A stretch of DNA of 64,000 nucleotides from Acidobacteriota bacterium (GTDB lineage Bacteria > Acidobacteriota > UBA6911 > RPQK01 > JAJDTT01), in NCBI GenBank assembly GCA_965217775.1, contig CBDCJH010000002.1, forward strand, positions 2,816,001 through 2,880,000, read 5' to 3'. This document shows positions 20,492 through 31,300 of this stretch, piece by piece (position 1 is the stretch's first letter; each line of letters opens with the position of its first letter). The notes beneath the pieces are model-generated. The model ran no database searches. It was not told the DNA's origin and saw only the letters and a program-made list of their open reading frames with translations. Both the position numbers and the translations under genes were made by a program.

Positions 20492-21409
20492 TCAGCTCGC
20501 ATCATAGCTCTTCTGGAGTAGGGGTTTCGCACGTTCCAGGTCGTCCGATGTCTGAATCCTCACTTCAAGGTCCCCCGTTCCGAAGTGTCCTATATCTCGG
20601 ACATCGCGCGTGAAGTTCGGTGTCAGCATGACCGTGTCGGGGTCCACTTTCAGGTACACAAGGACAGTCGACTTATTAGGACGCACCTCGACGCACGCAA
20701 AGTTCCGTAGCTTCTTGAAAGCGACGTAGTACTTGAGTTTCTTCTCCTGAATATCATCACCGAGCGCCAGTACGTGGTCCCGAAGTGCTTCATAGAGGTC
20801 CAGAAGGGGCCCATCGAGGGAACTCAGGACTTCCGAAATCGTCTTATAGGTCGTGGTAGTCGGCTTCGTCCCTTTTCTTCCGGTAGGAGAATCGCTCGTA
20901 GCAGAGATAGCGTTGACCATCTCAAGCATCAGAAGTGTCTTTCCAAATCGCCGGTAGCGGATCAGCTCAATGTTACGATTCATCTGTTCCACAGCGTGTT
21001 CATCGTAACGCGTGAACGCGCCAGCGATACACAGCAACCGGGGGGCAGACCAGTCGATGGCATCAGCAGTGGCCGCCCCCAGCTTCCGCAGAACCAGGAG
21101 TTCGAATTCCGCACGGTGATCAAGGAGCCAATCCATATAGTAGAGACCTTGGTTGATGACGTTCTGGTTAGTGGCTCGCTTATATTCGATGATTACCGGG
21201 CAGTTGTTCTCGTCGATGCCCAGCGTATCGATTCGCCCCTTTTGCTTCGGGCCGGTGGAATACTCGCTTCCGAGTAGGCGGATCCCTAGCATCACGTCCA
21301 GGTTCCGCTCCATGAGGTCGTGAAGTGACTTCTCAACAGCTGCGGCTTCTCCAGGAATCTCTGTCGCGGACTGCTGAGTCAAGTCGAACAGTTTGATATC
21401 GGTGGTCAC
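20492..21409 (-). CDS. NucS/DUF91-like PD-(D/E)xK endonuclease + DUF5655 domain
   Basis: GRIDTLGID...VIIEYKR...NQGLYY; C-terminal KYYVAFK...DVRDIGHFGTGDLEV. Confidence 0.85.
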   Translation of the reverse strand: MTTDIKLFDLTQQSATEIPGEAAAVEKSLHDLMERNLDVMLGIRLLGSEYSTGPKQKGRIDTLGIDENNCPVIIEYKRATNQNVINQGLYYMDWLLDHRAEFELLVLRKLGAATADAIDWSAPRLLCIAGAFTRYDEHAVEQMNRNIELIRYRRFGKTLLMLEMVNAISATSDSPTGRKGTKPTTTTYKTISEVLSSLDGPLLDLYEALRDHVLALGDDIQEKKLKYYVAFKKLRNFACVEVRPNKSTVLVYLKVDPDTVMLTPNFTRDVRDIGHFGTGDLEVRIQTSDDLERAKPLLQKSYDAS

Positions 21410-21450
21410 ATCGATTCTCCCGAGTCAATGATAGTTGGACCCCCCGTCAC

Positions 21451-21588
21451 TCACGACGCTTTCGGGTAACTGATCTCCAAAAAGATCTGGGGGACCACAA
21501 CAGGGTCCTGGTCGGGCTGGATGACGTTCTTAACGCGGCCGAAGGCCTGCTCCAGGAACTCGGCCGGATCCGCATTGGGCAGACCGAT
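21451..21588 (-). pseudogene. Displaced, diverged copy of the 3' end of the 22063-23745 gene
   Basis: Reads IGLPNADPAEFLEQAFGRVKNVIQPDQDPVVVPQIFLEISYPKAS*, versus IGPPNADPAEFLKQAFGRVKNVIKPGQDPVVVHQIFLEISYPGK* at 22063-22197. Confidence 0.92.
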
Positions 21589-21766
21589 GGTACCGTATGC
21601 TCTGGTCCGTGGTTACGATGACCTTGGACCCTTCCTCCTCGGCCTTGCGGATCAACTCTCCGTTTTCCAGCAATTCCCACCCCTTCTCCGCCGATCTGTC
21701 CACTGAATGTTCCCGGAGATGGTTTCGAAGGGGCGCCGGCGTTCCATGGTCGAACAGGATCTTCAT
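21589..21766 (-). pseudogene. DUF5615 PIN-like toxin, C-terminally truncated
   Basis: MKILFDHGTP...NGELI...VTTDQSIRY; homology stops where the displaced gene end begins. Confidence 0.8.
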
Positions 21767-21768
21767 GG

Positions 21769-21987
21769 TCAGGCCGGCGTTTTGAAGAATTCCACTTCAT
21801 GCTTGAGAACAGCCGCCACTTGCCACTGCTTTACCTCCGGGTACCACTCCAGGAACTGCTTCACGGTGGCGCCGCCCTCCAGGTTTTCGAACAGGGCGTA
21901 TACCGGCACTCTTGTCCCGGTGAAGGCCCAGGCTCCGCTGATCTTGTGGGGATTGCGTTCCACTGCAGAACAGGCCTCCCAGTTCAT
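21769..21987 (-). CDS. DUF433 antitoxin
   Basis: SGAWAFTGTRVPVYALFENLEGGATVKQFLEWYP. Confidence 0.9.
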   Translation of the reverse strand: MNWEACSAVERNPHKISGAWAFTGTRVPVYALFENLEGGATVKQFLEWYPEVKQWQVAAVLKHEVEFFKTPA

Positions 21988-22062
21988 TGTCGGTTCACCT
22001 CCTTTCCATTTGGGATGCTCGTGTTCCGGCTGTCCATTGTTGCTCCTGTTGACGACGAGTGA

Positions 22063-23745
22063 CTACTTCCCAGGATAGCTGATCTCCAAAAAAATCTGGT
22101 GGACCACGACCGGGTCCTGGCCGGGCTTGATGACGTTCTTGACTCGGCCGAAAGCCTGCTTCAGGAACTCGGCAGGATCGGCATTGGGGGGACCGATCAG
22201 ACCCGCGAAGGGGCCGGCGGCGGGGATGTTCGAGATCAGGCCCACCTCGTTCATCCCGTTCCTCGCCACACCCGCGGGAACCTGAAAGTGGAACCAGTCC
22301 CCTTCCCTTTCTGCCTCGGGCAGCAGCGTGTGATTCAGACGAGCCCAGAGAATGGTCCCCTTTCCGGCCTTGGCCGTGTACACGCTCAAACGCAGGCTGG
22401 CCTTCTGGTCTTCCGCGGCGGGTCCCAGATGCAGCCGCAACTTCCGCTCGACCCGGTCCAGCACGATCGGCAGAAGCGCCGGATCAGAGCCGTGGTAGAA
22501 GGGTCCTCCGCTATGCGCCGTCGGGTTGATGGCGTAGACCTTGTCCTTCCCGGCCATCGTCTCCGGCTCCCCCAACTCGCTCAGCACCCCCTCGAACTCC
22601 TCGTCGGTCAGCCGTTGCGTCGGTTCATGCCTGAAATTGAACAGGTAGATGCCGTCGGCGCCCTGGTCCAGGTAGTAGTCGGCATACGCCCGCATTCCCT
22701 CGCGAAACAGAGGCTTACTCCGCAGAGTCTCCCAGGCGCCCGCCCGCATGGTGTTGGGATTGATGGACGGATAGACCTGCACCCCCGTCTCCCCGGCCAG
22801 GCGCAACCAATGCCCGATGGCCAACTGGTCGGGCATGTATCCCAGGCCCACCAGCAGCACGTCCACCAGATCCTCCCGCGCCCAGGTCTCCACGTCCAGA
22901 CCGATCTCCAGGTTGGTCTCCAGGGAATCCATCACGTGGACCGCCAGGGTGTAGGGTCGCCCCCGCTCGTCTCCGATGGCGTTCAGCCGCTCCCGGATCT
23001 GCCGCATCAGGTCCGTCATCAGGTGGGCCTTTTGCCGTCCCTGTCCCATGGGGAAGTGGATCCCCATGCGGTTGAAATCCAATTCGTAGCCGTCGAAGTC
23101 GTGTCTGGCAGCGGTCTTCGCGATGTAGTCGAGACGATGCTGCCGAACCTCCGGGTGGGTGTAGTCGAGCGACACCCAGAGACGCTGCTCCGTCAGCTCG
23201 GAAGGGAGCTGGCGGTCCGTCATCGGCGCCATCAGGTACTCGGGGTGTTGCGTCTTGAAGACGTCGTCCAATTCCTCCAGGGTCCGGGACCGGAAGGCCG
23301 CGTGAAGATCGCTCATGCGCACCGACCCCCAGACCTCCAACCCCTGTTCATGGCAGGCCCGGATGACGACGTCGTTCACCTGCTCGTAGGAATCGAAACA
23401 GTCCCAGAGCAGATCCGTTGGAATATTCCACGGCGGCTCGGCCCCGTTTCCGATGTGCCACAGGTAGGTGTCCACCTGGGTGCCCTTGACCATGCGCACG
23501 CTGGCGTCCAGGAAATCTTCGTGGGTCCGGATGTCGTAGATGAGGCTCATGTACGGCTCCACCTTCCCCCGGTCCAGGTAGCTGTGCGACTGGACGGCGG
23601 CGGAGTCGTAGTAGAGGATCCGCCGCTCCTTCTTCGATTCGCCTTTCGAAGCGACGTCCGGGGTCTCGGAAGGGCTGCCGCAGGAGAGGACGCCCCACAG
23701 GAGCGCCAGGAGGAAACCGTGTCTCTTCATTGCGGGCACCTTCAC
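22063..23745 (-). CDS. Lipoprotein, GHL10/family-10-like TIM-barrel glycoside hydrolase
   Basis: Lipobox VLSC; SVRMSD, LDYTHPEVR, FDGYELDFNR, GADGIYLFNF. Confidence 0.75.
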   Translation of the reverse strand: MKVPAMKRHGFLLALLWGVLSCGSPSETPDVASKGESKKERRILYYDSAAVQSHSYLDRGKVEPYMSLIYDIRTHEDFLDASVRMVKGTQVDTYLWHIGNGAEPPWNIPTDLLWDCFDSYEQVNDVVIRACHEQGLEVWGSVRMSDLHAAFRSRTLEELDDVFKTQHPEYLMAPMTDRQLPSELTEQRLWVSLDYTHPEVRQHRLDYIAKTAARHDFDGYELDFNRMGIHFPMGQGRQKAHLMTDLMRQIRERLNAIGDERGRPYTLAVHVMDSLETNLEIGLDVETWAREDLVDVLLVGLGYMPDQLAIGHWLRLAGETGVQVYPSINPNTMRAGAWETLRSKPLFREGMRAYADYYLDQGADGIYLFNFRHEPTQRLTDEEFEGVLSELGEPETMAGKDKVYAINPTAHSGGPFYHGSDPALLPIVLDRVERKLRLHLGPAAEDQKASLRLSVYTAKAGKGTILWARLNHTLLPEAEREGDWFHFQVPAGVARNGMNEVGLISNIPAAGPFAGLIGPPNADPAEFLKQAFGRVKNVIKPGQDPVVVHQIFLEISYPGK

Positions 23746-23749
23746 CGTG

Positions 23750-25255
23750 TCAGTGGAAGCGGACGGAGTAGAGGTCGGCGTCCTTCAGGACCACGCGCAT
23801 CCGCACCGTCTTGCCGGAGAGCGAGCTCAGGTCGGAGCCACCCTTCCAGGCGACGTTCCGTTCGATCTGGTCGCCGATGATCTCGGGGCATTCCTCCAGC
23901 GTGAATCCGGGAATCGGCTGGCCCTTGGGGTCCTGCATCTCGATCCGGATGCCGCCGGCCGCGCTGGTGGCGTAGTTGATCTCCAGCCGGCTTCCCTTGA
24001 AGCGCAACGGTTTGGTGACCATCTCGCCCCCCTGGTAGGGCGCGTTCAGGCTGGCGAAGCCGTCCAGGCGTAGGGTCATCCGTTCCAGGTACGCCGTGCC
24101 TTTCTGCCCATAGTTCCGCTGCACGTAGAAAGACATCTCGCCGTCGCCGGTGGGGACGATGCCGCAGGCCGGATAGTTGGTCCGGGTCGTCCAGTTGTTG
24201 ACGCCGATGCCGGGCCGGACGAAGCTCTCCCGGAAGGTGAAGTCGTAGACCGTGGAGCCGGCCCGGGTGGTGAGCAGGACGCCGTCGGAGTGGTCCCCCG
24301 TCCCCGCCGTTCCCATCAGGGGCATGTTCTCCTTGACGAAGTCCCGGAGCTCGGGCGTGATGAGGCGTTGGCGCCGGCTCGCCAACTGCTTGTCGCCGTC
24401 CGACTTGACGTGCCGCGGGTCGGCGAAGATGATCCGGGCCGGCAGCGAGATGTAGATGTGGGGCGCCCGGAAATAGGGCTGGGTCTGGTTTGTGTAGAGG
24501 TGGTGCGAGGGAGTCGTCGTGCCGGTGTCGCTGTAGCTCATGAGGACCTGGGGAGTCCAGTTGGTGAAGTCCTTGGAGGTGGACCGCGCCGTGGCGCGGC
24601 GCCCCCCCTCCATGTGCCGGGCGTAGAGCACGTACTGCTCTTCCACCTCCGACCAGAACATGACGTTCTGCGAATCGAAGTGGTTGATCAGGACCTTGGG
24701 CACGATAGGCTCGTCCCGGAGCATCCGCCAGCGGATACCGTCGCCGGAGAGGAAGCCCACCAGGGCGTTGGGCTCGACGGGTCCCCGCGAAGTCCCCTTG
24801 TAACGCTCCGAGGCGGGCACGCCGGGCCGCCCGTCGATGAAGGCGACGAACTGGCGCGCCTCGTTCAGGATCACGTGGTTTTGAGAGGAGCCGTCGATGG
24901 AGACCAGTCCCAGGTCGGGCTTGGTCCAATTGATCCCGTCGCGGCTCTCGGCGTAGCAGGTGGTCTTCCTCTCGAAGAGCGCACCCCGGTAGTACATGCG
25001 GTAGAGGTCGCCGTCCTTGAAGATGGTGGTGTAGAAGGCCGTGTCGTCTTCCACGGGATCGTTGAAGCGGACGGCCACCCCGCCCGGCAACGGTGTGCCC
25101 AGGCGCAGGCTGGCTCCCACGAGCCGGTCGATCAGCAGATGATCCACGAACAGCTCGCGGCGCGAGCCGATGTCGACCACGTCGCCGGCCAGGGCCGCGG
25201 GTGCCGACAAGAGGGCGGCCAGCGCCAGGATTGCGGGATAACGGATGAGTCTCAT
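23750..25255 (-). CDS. Secreted beta-propeller glycoside-hydrolase-like protein
   Basis: Start MRLIRY at 25255 after GGAGG; signal peptide; RRELFVD, YAESRDGINW, FDSQN, LRLDGFASL, DADLYS. Confidence 0.8.
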   Translation of the reverse strand: MRLIRYPAILALAALLSAPAALAGDVVDIGSRRELFVDHLLIDRLVGASLRLGTPLPGGVAVRFNDPVEDDTAFYTTIFKDGDLYRMYYRGALFERKTTCYAESRDGINWTKPDLGLVSIDGSSQNHVILNEARQFVAFIDGRPGVPASERYKGTSRGPVEPNALVGFLSGDGIRWRMLRDEPIVPKVLINHFDSQNVMFWSEVEEQYVLYARHMEGGRRATARSTSKDFTNWTPQVLMSYSDTGTTTPSHHLYTNQTQPYFRAPHIYISLPARIIFADPRHVKSDGDKQLASRRQRLITPELRDFVKENMPLMGTAGTGDHSDGVLLTTRAGSTVYDFTFRESFVRPGIGVNNWTTRTNYPACGIVPTGDGEMSFYVQRNYGQKGTAYLERMTLRLDGFASLNAPYQGGEMVTKPLRFKGSRLEINYATSAAGGIRIEMQDPKGQPIPGFTLEECPEIIGDQIERNVAWKGGSDLSSLSGKTVRMRVVLKDADLYSVRFH

Positions 25256-25341
25256 GACGATGTTCCTCCAGGAGGCGTTTGGGAACGCCTGGGTCGCCGA
25301 CGGCGGGCCGATTGGCCCGATCGGCCTGTTTTGACGGCTTT

Positions 25342-26427
25342 CTACAAGGCCTCGGCCACCAGGTCTCCGACCTCGCTCGTGGTGTAGCCCATCCGGCCGG
25401 CGGACATGCTCTTCATCTTGGGAGTGGTCCGGCCGATGGCGGTGTCCACCCTCGTTCCGGCGCGAACCAGGTTGGGAAGGTCCTTCTGGTCTCCCAGTAC
25501 ACTCAACAACATGCCCATGGCTCCGATGGCGGCGATGGGATTGATGACGTTCCGGCCCGTGTATTTGGGCGCGGAACCTCCCATGCATTCGAACATGCTG
25601 CAGCCGCCCGGCTCCGGGTTGATGTTGCCTCCGGAGGCCACGCCCAGACCCCCCTGAATCATGGCGCCCAGGTCGGTGATGATGTCCCCGAACATGTTGG
25701 GGACCACGATGGTGTCGTAGTACTCGGGGTTCTTGACGAACCACATGCAGGCGGCGTCGATGTGGTTGTAGTCGCGGTTGACCTGGGGGAATTCGGCTTC
25801 ACCCATGGCGTGGAAGGCCCGCTCCCACAGGTCGGCGGCGTAGGTCAGGACGTTGGTCTTTTGGACCAGGGTCAGGCGGAGGCGGTCCTGCCGGCTGATG
25901 CAGTGCTGAAAGGCCCAGCGCAGGCAGCGGTCGATGCCGAACCGGGTGGCGATCATTTCCTGCGTGGCCACCTCTTGGGGGGTGTTCTTGCGCAGGAATC
26001 CGCCGGCGCCGCAGTAGAGGTCTTCGGTGTTCTCACGGACGACATCGAAGCGGATGTGCTCGGGTCCCTTGTCTTTTAGGGGGCAATCCACGCCGGGGTA
26101 GAGGCGGACGGGACGGAAGTTGATGTACTGGTCGAGTTGGAAGCGGATGGAGAGGAGGAGGCCCTTTTCCAGCAGGCCGGGGGTGACGCCCGGGTGTCCG
26201 ATGGCGCCGAGGTAGATGGCGTCGAACTGTCCGAGCTCGTCAATCTGAGCTTCCGTGATCATCTCGCCGGTGGTCAGGTAGCGGTCGCCGCCGTAGTCGA
26301 AGTCGGTTCGGTCGTAGCTGACATCCTCCAGAGGGGCGACGGCTTCCAGGACTTTGAGAGCTTCGTTGGTGACTTCGGGGCCGGTTCCGTCGCCGGGGAT
26401 CACCGCGAGCTTTAATGTGTCGGTCAT
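25342..26427 (-). CDS. leuB: 3-isopropylmalate dehydrogenase
   Basis: IPGDGTGPEV, VRENTED, NMFGDIITD, GGSAP...NPIAAI. Confidence 0.88.
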   Translation of the reverse strand: MTDTLKLAVIPGDGTGPEVTNEALKVLEAVAPLEDVSYDRTDFDYGGDRYLTTGEMITEAQIDELGQFDAIYLGAIGHPGVTPGLLEKGLLLSIRFQLDQYINFRPVRLYPGVDCPLKDKGPEHIRFDVVRENTEDLYCGAGGFLRKNTPQEVATQEMIATRFGIDRCLRWAFQHCISRQDRLRLTLVQKTNVLTYAADLWERAFHAMGEAEFPQVNRDYNHIDAACMWFVKNPEYYDTIVVPNMFGDIITDLGAMIQGGLGVASGGNINPEPGGCSMFECMGGSAPKYTGRNVINPIAAIGAMGMLLSVLGDQKDLPNLVRAGTRVDTAIGRTTPKMKSMSAGRMGYTTSEVGDLVAEAL

Positions 26428-26602
26428 GGGTTCAAACCTGTTTGAGTCATGAGTGGATTAATGGTCCCGGGTCGTCCGGGGCCATGGACGCCGGGATTAT
26501 ACTGGCGGGGCTCCGTTGGCTGCAAAGTGGGGGGATGGGGGCGTGAAGATAATGGTGGGTTTTTGGTACGAGGTCGGCGGTTGGTACGTTGCGGTGCACA
26601 CT

Positions 26603-26652
26603 GGGCGGCTGGAAACCGCCCTTCCCGTTCGGCGATTGGAAATCGCCGCTCC
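26603..26652. repeat. Paired REP-like hairpins
   Basis: GGGCGG-CTGGAAA-CCGCCC and GGCGATT-GGA-AATCGCC directly after the GNAT stop. Confidence 0.55.
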
Positions 26653-26656
26653 TGGC

Positions 26657-27118
26657 TCACTTGGTTGGGGTCGGGTCGTCTCGTTCCAGCGAGTAGCGGT
26701 AGAGGTTGGTCTGCCGCAATGAGAAACCGAGGCGGCGGTAGAGGCGGTTGGCGGCTTTGCGTGCGGACCGCGAGGTGAGGTCGACATTGCGTGCACCGGC
26801 GGACCGGGCCCGTTCGATGGCGGCGCGGCAGAGGAGTTCGCCGACTCCGTGCCTTCGAGCAGACTTGTCCACCACCACGTCCTCGATCCAGGCCCGGACA
26901 CCGGTGGGGATTCGGAACAGGACCAGGGTCAGGGTGCCGACGATCCGGTTTTCCTGGTTCGGGTCTCGGGCGATTAGCAGTTGGGCGGCGCCGCCGGAGA
27001 CGAGCTTCTGGAGTTCACTCGCGGTTGGGATCGCCGCTGAGGTGGAGAGTTGCGGGATCAGCCGGCCGATGGACTCGACGATCTCTGGAGTGACGGCGGT
27101 GACCTCGACGATTCTCAT
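26657..27118 (-). CDS. GNAT N-acetyltransferase
   Basis: WIEDVVVD..ARRHGVG, DLTSR...AANRLY..LGF; start MRIVEV. Confidence 0.88.
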   Translation of the reverse strand: MRIVEVTAVTPEIVESIGRLIPQLSTSAAIPTASELQKLVSGGAAQLLIARDPNQENRIVGTLTLVLFRIPTGVRAWIEDVVVDKSARRHGVGELLCRAAIERARSAGARNVDLTSRSARKAANRLYRRLGFSLRQTNLYRYSLERDDPTPTK

Positions 27119-27179
27119 CCTGATGCTTGCGCAGAGAGGGGCGGGAGCGCGACTCCACCGTTCGGGCGCCAAGACGACC

Positions 27180-27947
27180 TCAATTGGAGTTTTTTCCGAA
27201 ACCCCGGATCACGTAGGTGCCGCTTCGGGCGTCTTCGCCCAGAACCACCAGGTTGAACTTGGAGGCCTCTTCCAGGAGGGCGGAAAAGGTCCGGTAGCCG
27301 AACCGGGATTCGTTGAAGGCGGGCTGTTTCCGCTTCATGGTCTGCTTGACCATGGAGGAGTAGATCACGTCCTTGTTCTCGCGCATCAGCGCCAGGATCG
27401 ACTCGATCAGGAGTTGGAAGGCGGGGCGTTTGTCCTTGGCGATCCGGGTGTTCAGGCGCGGTGGCCGCGTGGCGACCTCGTCCAGCTCCTCGTAGAAGAT
27501 GAACTCGTCGCAGTTCTCCACCAGCATCTGGGAGGTGCTGCCCTGGGTTCCCAGTCCAATGACGTGCTTGCCGTTCTCCTTCAGCTTGGAAGCCAGGGGG
27601 GAGAAGTCGCTGTCCCCGGACAGGATGACGAAGGTGTCGATGTGTTCCTTGGAGTAGCACAGGTCCATGGCGTCCACGCAGAGCCGGATGTCGGCCGAAT
27701 TCTTTCCCGTCCGGCTCCGCTTGGGGATGTCGATGAGCTCGAAGGCGGATTCGTGCAACTCCTGCTTGTATTCGGAGAAGCGCGACCAGTCGGCATACGC
27801 TTCCTTGACCAGGATCTTCCCCTTCTCCACCAGTCGCTCCAAGACCTTGTCGATGCGGAACCGGGCTCGTTTCCGGCCTTTCTCCATACCCAGAGCCAGA
27901 TTCTCCAGATCCAGGAAGAGGGCCAGTCGGCGTTCTCTTTCGTCCAT
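27180..27947 (-). CDS. NYN-domain (LabA/DUF88) protein with C-terminal OST-HTH/LOTUS domain
   Basis: FLDLEN, AYADW, GKNSADIRL, SGDSDF; FNESRFGYRTFSALL. Confidence 0.9.
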   Translation of the reverse strand: MDERERRLALFLDLENLALGMEKGRKRARFRIDKVLERLVEKGKILVKEAYADWSRFSEYKQELHESAFELIDIPKRSRTGKNSADIRLCVDAMDLCYSKEHIDTFVILSGDSDFSPLASKLKENGKHVIGLGTQGSTSQMLVENCDEFIFYEELDEVATRPPRLNTRIAKDKRPAFQLLIESILALMRENKDVIYSSMVKQTMKRKQPAFNESRFGYRTFSALLEEASKFNLVVLGEDARSGTYVIRGFGKNSN

Positions 27948-28075
27948 GGGGCTAAACTATCACAAGGAACTGTCTTAGCCCGTAATTCCCCGCAGGAGAC
28001 GGACAGCGACACCGGAGTAGACGGGGCCGAAGAAATACGGGATATTAGCCGTCCGGGCCCGAGCGGCCCGTCGGC

Positions 28076-28152
<77 letters not shown>

Positions 28153-28316
28153 TTTCTCACCTTACGAATGATCCCAAGCACACGCTGCACTGCTGTGTTG
28201 AAGCAGTCGAACGCTTCGGAGGTCCTTGCCGCGGGCGGTTGCCGATGTCGAGCGATACCAGTCCGATGCCGACCCAAATTTCGCTCCACGGGAGCGCTGG
28301 CCCAGGATAAAACGAC

Positions 28317-31300
28317 TTATCTTGACCGTGTGCGTTCCCGAAGGGCATCATCCAGAGTCCGTAGAGCGTCTGGAAACACCTCTGGGCGGGAATTCCTCTG
28401 TCCGGCTTTATCCAGGTCTCGCAGGCCTTCTTCGAGTCGACGAACGTGCCGGGGCCACATGTCCCATAATAGGATCGTCCCATGCGATGACCCGGATGCG
28501 AGCATCGAGTCACCCGGTGAGAATGCCACAGAATGTACCGGATCCGTATGTCCTTCGAGGGTGGCAAGATTTTCGCCGGTCCCGACATCCCACAGCTTGA
28601 CCATTCTATCAACAGAACCGGAAGCGAGTAACGTTCCATCGGCTGTGAATGCCAACGAACTGACGGAAAACCTATGACCCTCAAGCGTGAAGATATTGCG
28701 TCCTGTCGAAACCTCCCAGAGCCTGATTGTATTGTCAAAAGATCCCGACGCAAGAGTCGTTCGATCAGGGGAAAACGTTGCGGAAGTAACCCATCCAGTA
28801 TGTCCTTCAAGGGTGAAGATACTTTCGCCCGTCGCAAAATCCCAAAGCCTCACTTTCCCATCCGGTGACCCGGATACAAGCATATTTCCATCAAGGGAAA
28901 ACTCCAATGGACGACCTTGCCCGCCATGTCCCTTGTGGGAAACGACGTTCTCACCAGTTGCGACAATCCATTGCTTGATTGTCCCATCCCCCGACCCGGA
29001 TACAAGCATTTTCCCATCGCGGGAAAAAACGACGGAGTAGACATATTCATTATGGTATAATGTGGCGATATTTTGGCCGGTCGAAATGTTCCACAGCTTC
29101 ACTGTCCGATCCCGCGATCCAGACGCAAGTGTAGTTCCATCAGGCGAAATTGCCGCCGACAAGACCGAATGCTCATGCCGGTCAAAGGTAACGAAGTTTT
29201 CACCGGTCCTGAGATCCCATAGCTTGATCCTCCGGTCCCATAGCCCAGAAGCGAGCATCGTCCCGTCACGGGAGAACTCGACGGAGAATACGGGACCCGT
29301 ATGTCCGTCGATGATGGCGACAACCTGTCCCGTCGCAACGTCCCACAGCCTGACCGTTTCATCAGTTGAGGCAGAAGCCACGATCGTCCCATCATGGGAA
29401 AACGCCACCGATTCGATCCCGATTGCATGCCCTCTGAGAGTGGCGACATCTTCACCGGTCACTATGTCCCACAGCTTGACCGTCTCATCATCCGACCCGG
29501 AAGCGAGGATAGTCCCATCTGGGGAAAATGCCACTGCCTTGACCCCACCAGTATGTCCCTCATAGGTGGCGATATTCTCACCGGTGGCAATCTCCCATAG
29601 CTTAACTGTACCGTCCCAAGACGCTGAAGCGAGACTGGCGCCGTCGGGGGAGAATGCGATAGATGGGATTCCCTTCCGATGCCTATGAGTAGCGATATTC
29701 TCACCGGTCGCAACTTCCCATAGCTTGACCTGACCGTCCCCTCCCGCGGATGCCAGTATCGTGCCATCCGGGGAAAATACGACTGAATCAACAAAAGACG
29801 TATGTCCCTCATAGGTGGCGATGTACTCGCGGGTCGCAACCTCCCACAGCTTGACCGTGTAGTCTCGCGATGTGAACGCCAGCATCATGCCGTCTGGTGA
29901 AAACGCCACAGAATTGACCCATGTCCCTTGCCATTCGAGGTTGGCGACGTCTTGTCCAGTTGCAAGCTCGTGCAGATTGACGCCCCCATTCCTTGACCCG
30001 GAAACCAACCTCGTCCCATCTGGTGAGAACGCCAACGATTGGACCCATTCTTCGGTAGCCAGCAGTTCGAGTGGCCGAGCCATTGGCAGATCGTAAAACC
30101 AGATGCCAAGACTACTTGTCACAGCGAGGCGCTGACCATCAGGCGAAAACGCTATCGCTTTGTCGCTCCTACCGACCCGACCTTTTCCTAGGCGTGCAAT
30201 TGTCCCTTCAGGTAGATTCCATGCCCGATAACCACTATTGACCCTCAGGACAGGTGGTGTGCCTGCGCCAACGGCAACAAAACTGGCAAGCTCGCGCTCG
30301 CCGATCGACACCTCAACTATGTTTTCTCCCGGACTAGGACCGAGCGTAAACGTCATCTCCGCCCGACCGTTGCTATCGGTCATCGCGTTAGCCACAGTGA
30401 ACTTCTCCGCGAGGCGGCCTCCCCCTTTGGTGACCGTAAACGTGACTTGAGTGCCCGGCACAGGCGTATTGCTTACGTTTTTCACTTCGACGACCAACGG
30501 GTGCTCCAATTCTACACCGGGCATGTCCTCCTGGTTGTCGCCCGAAACCTTCACTACCTTATCGGGCCTCAGTATGGTCCAAGTAGACGCATCCCACAGT
30601 TCGGCAGTAGTGTCCTCCGAGCCGGAGGCGAGCATCTTGCCATCGAATGAGAAGGCTACGGACGTAACCGATTCCCCCCGCCCAACAACATCGAAACTAT
30701 TTCCTGTCGAGACATCCCAGAGAATGACCGTCCCATCAGTAGACCCGGACACTAGTGTCGCCCCATTGGGGGAGAATGCCACCGATTCGACCCAACCCCG
30801 ATGTCCTTCCAAGACATGAATCCGACTTCTTGTTGCGACGTCCCAAAGGACGATCGTCTTTTCCAGAGAACCCGACGCAATCGTTGTCCCATCTCGTGAA
30901 AATGCCACAGATCGGACCCAACCCGCGGGCTCGAGCGTGCCGACATTGTGTTGCGTGGCAATATCCCAGAGACGCACAGTCCCATCAGCAGACCCGCTTG
31001 CAAGTATCGCTCCATCCGGTGAAAAAGCGACGGAGTCGACACGGCTGTCATGTCCATCGAGACCGCCATTGGTAAGGCCGGTTTCCAGATCCCATAGGAG
31101 AATCTCTCCAGCAAACGACGCGGAGGCAAGCACTGTTCCATTTGGTGAAAAAGCCACGGAATTGACCCATCCCCAATGCCCTGTCAGAGACCGGACATTG
31201 CGACGCGTCGCGACATCCCAGAGAATAATCGTGTTATCAAGAGATCCAGACGCGAGCATCGTTCCATCCGGTGAAAAAGCCACGGAAGCAACTCCATCCG

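Noticed and set aside
21451-22197. DGR template/variable repeat pair at a gene 3' end
   Set aside because: Mismatches are mostly synonymous and not adenine-specific; there is no reverse transcriptase in the window
25256-25744. N-terminal extension of the 664-aa ORF
   Set aside because: It overlaps leuB out of frame; the SD and signal peptide indicate a start at 25255
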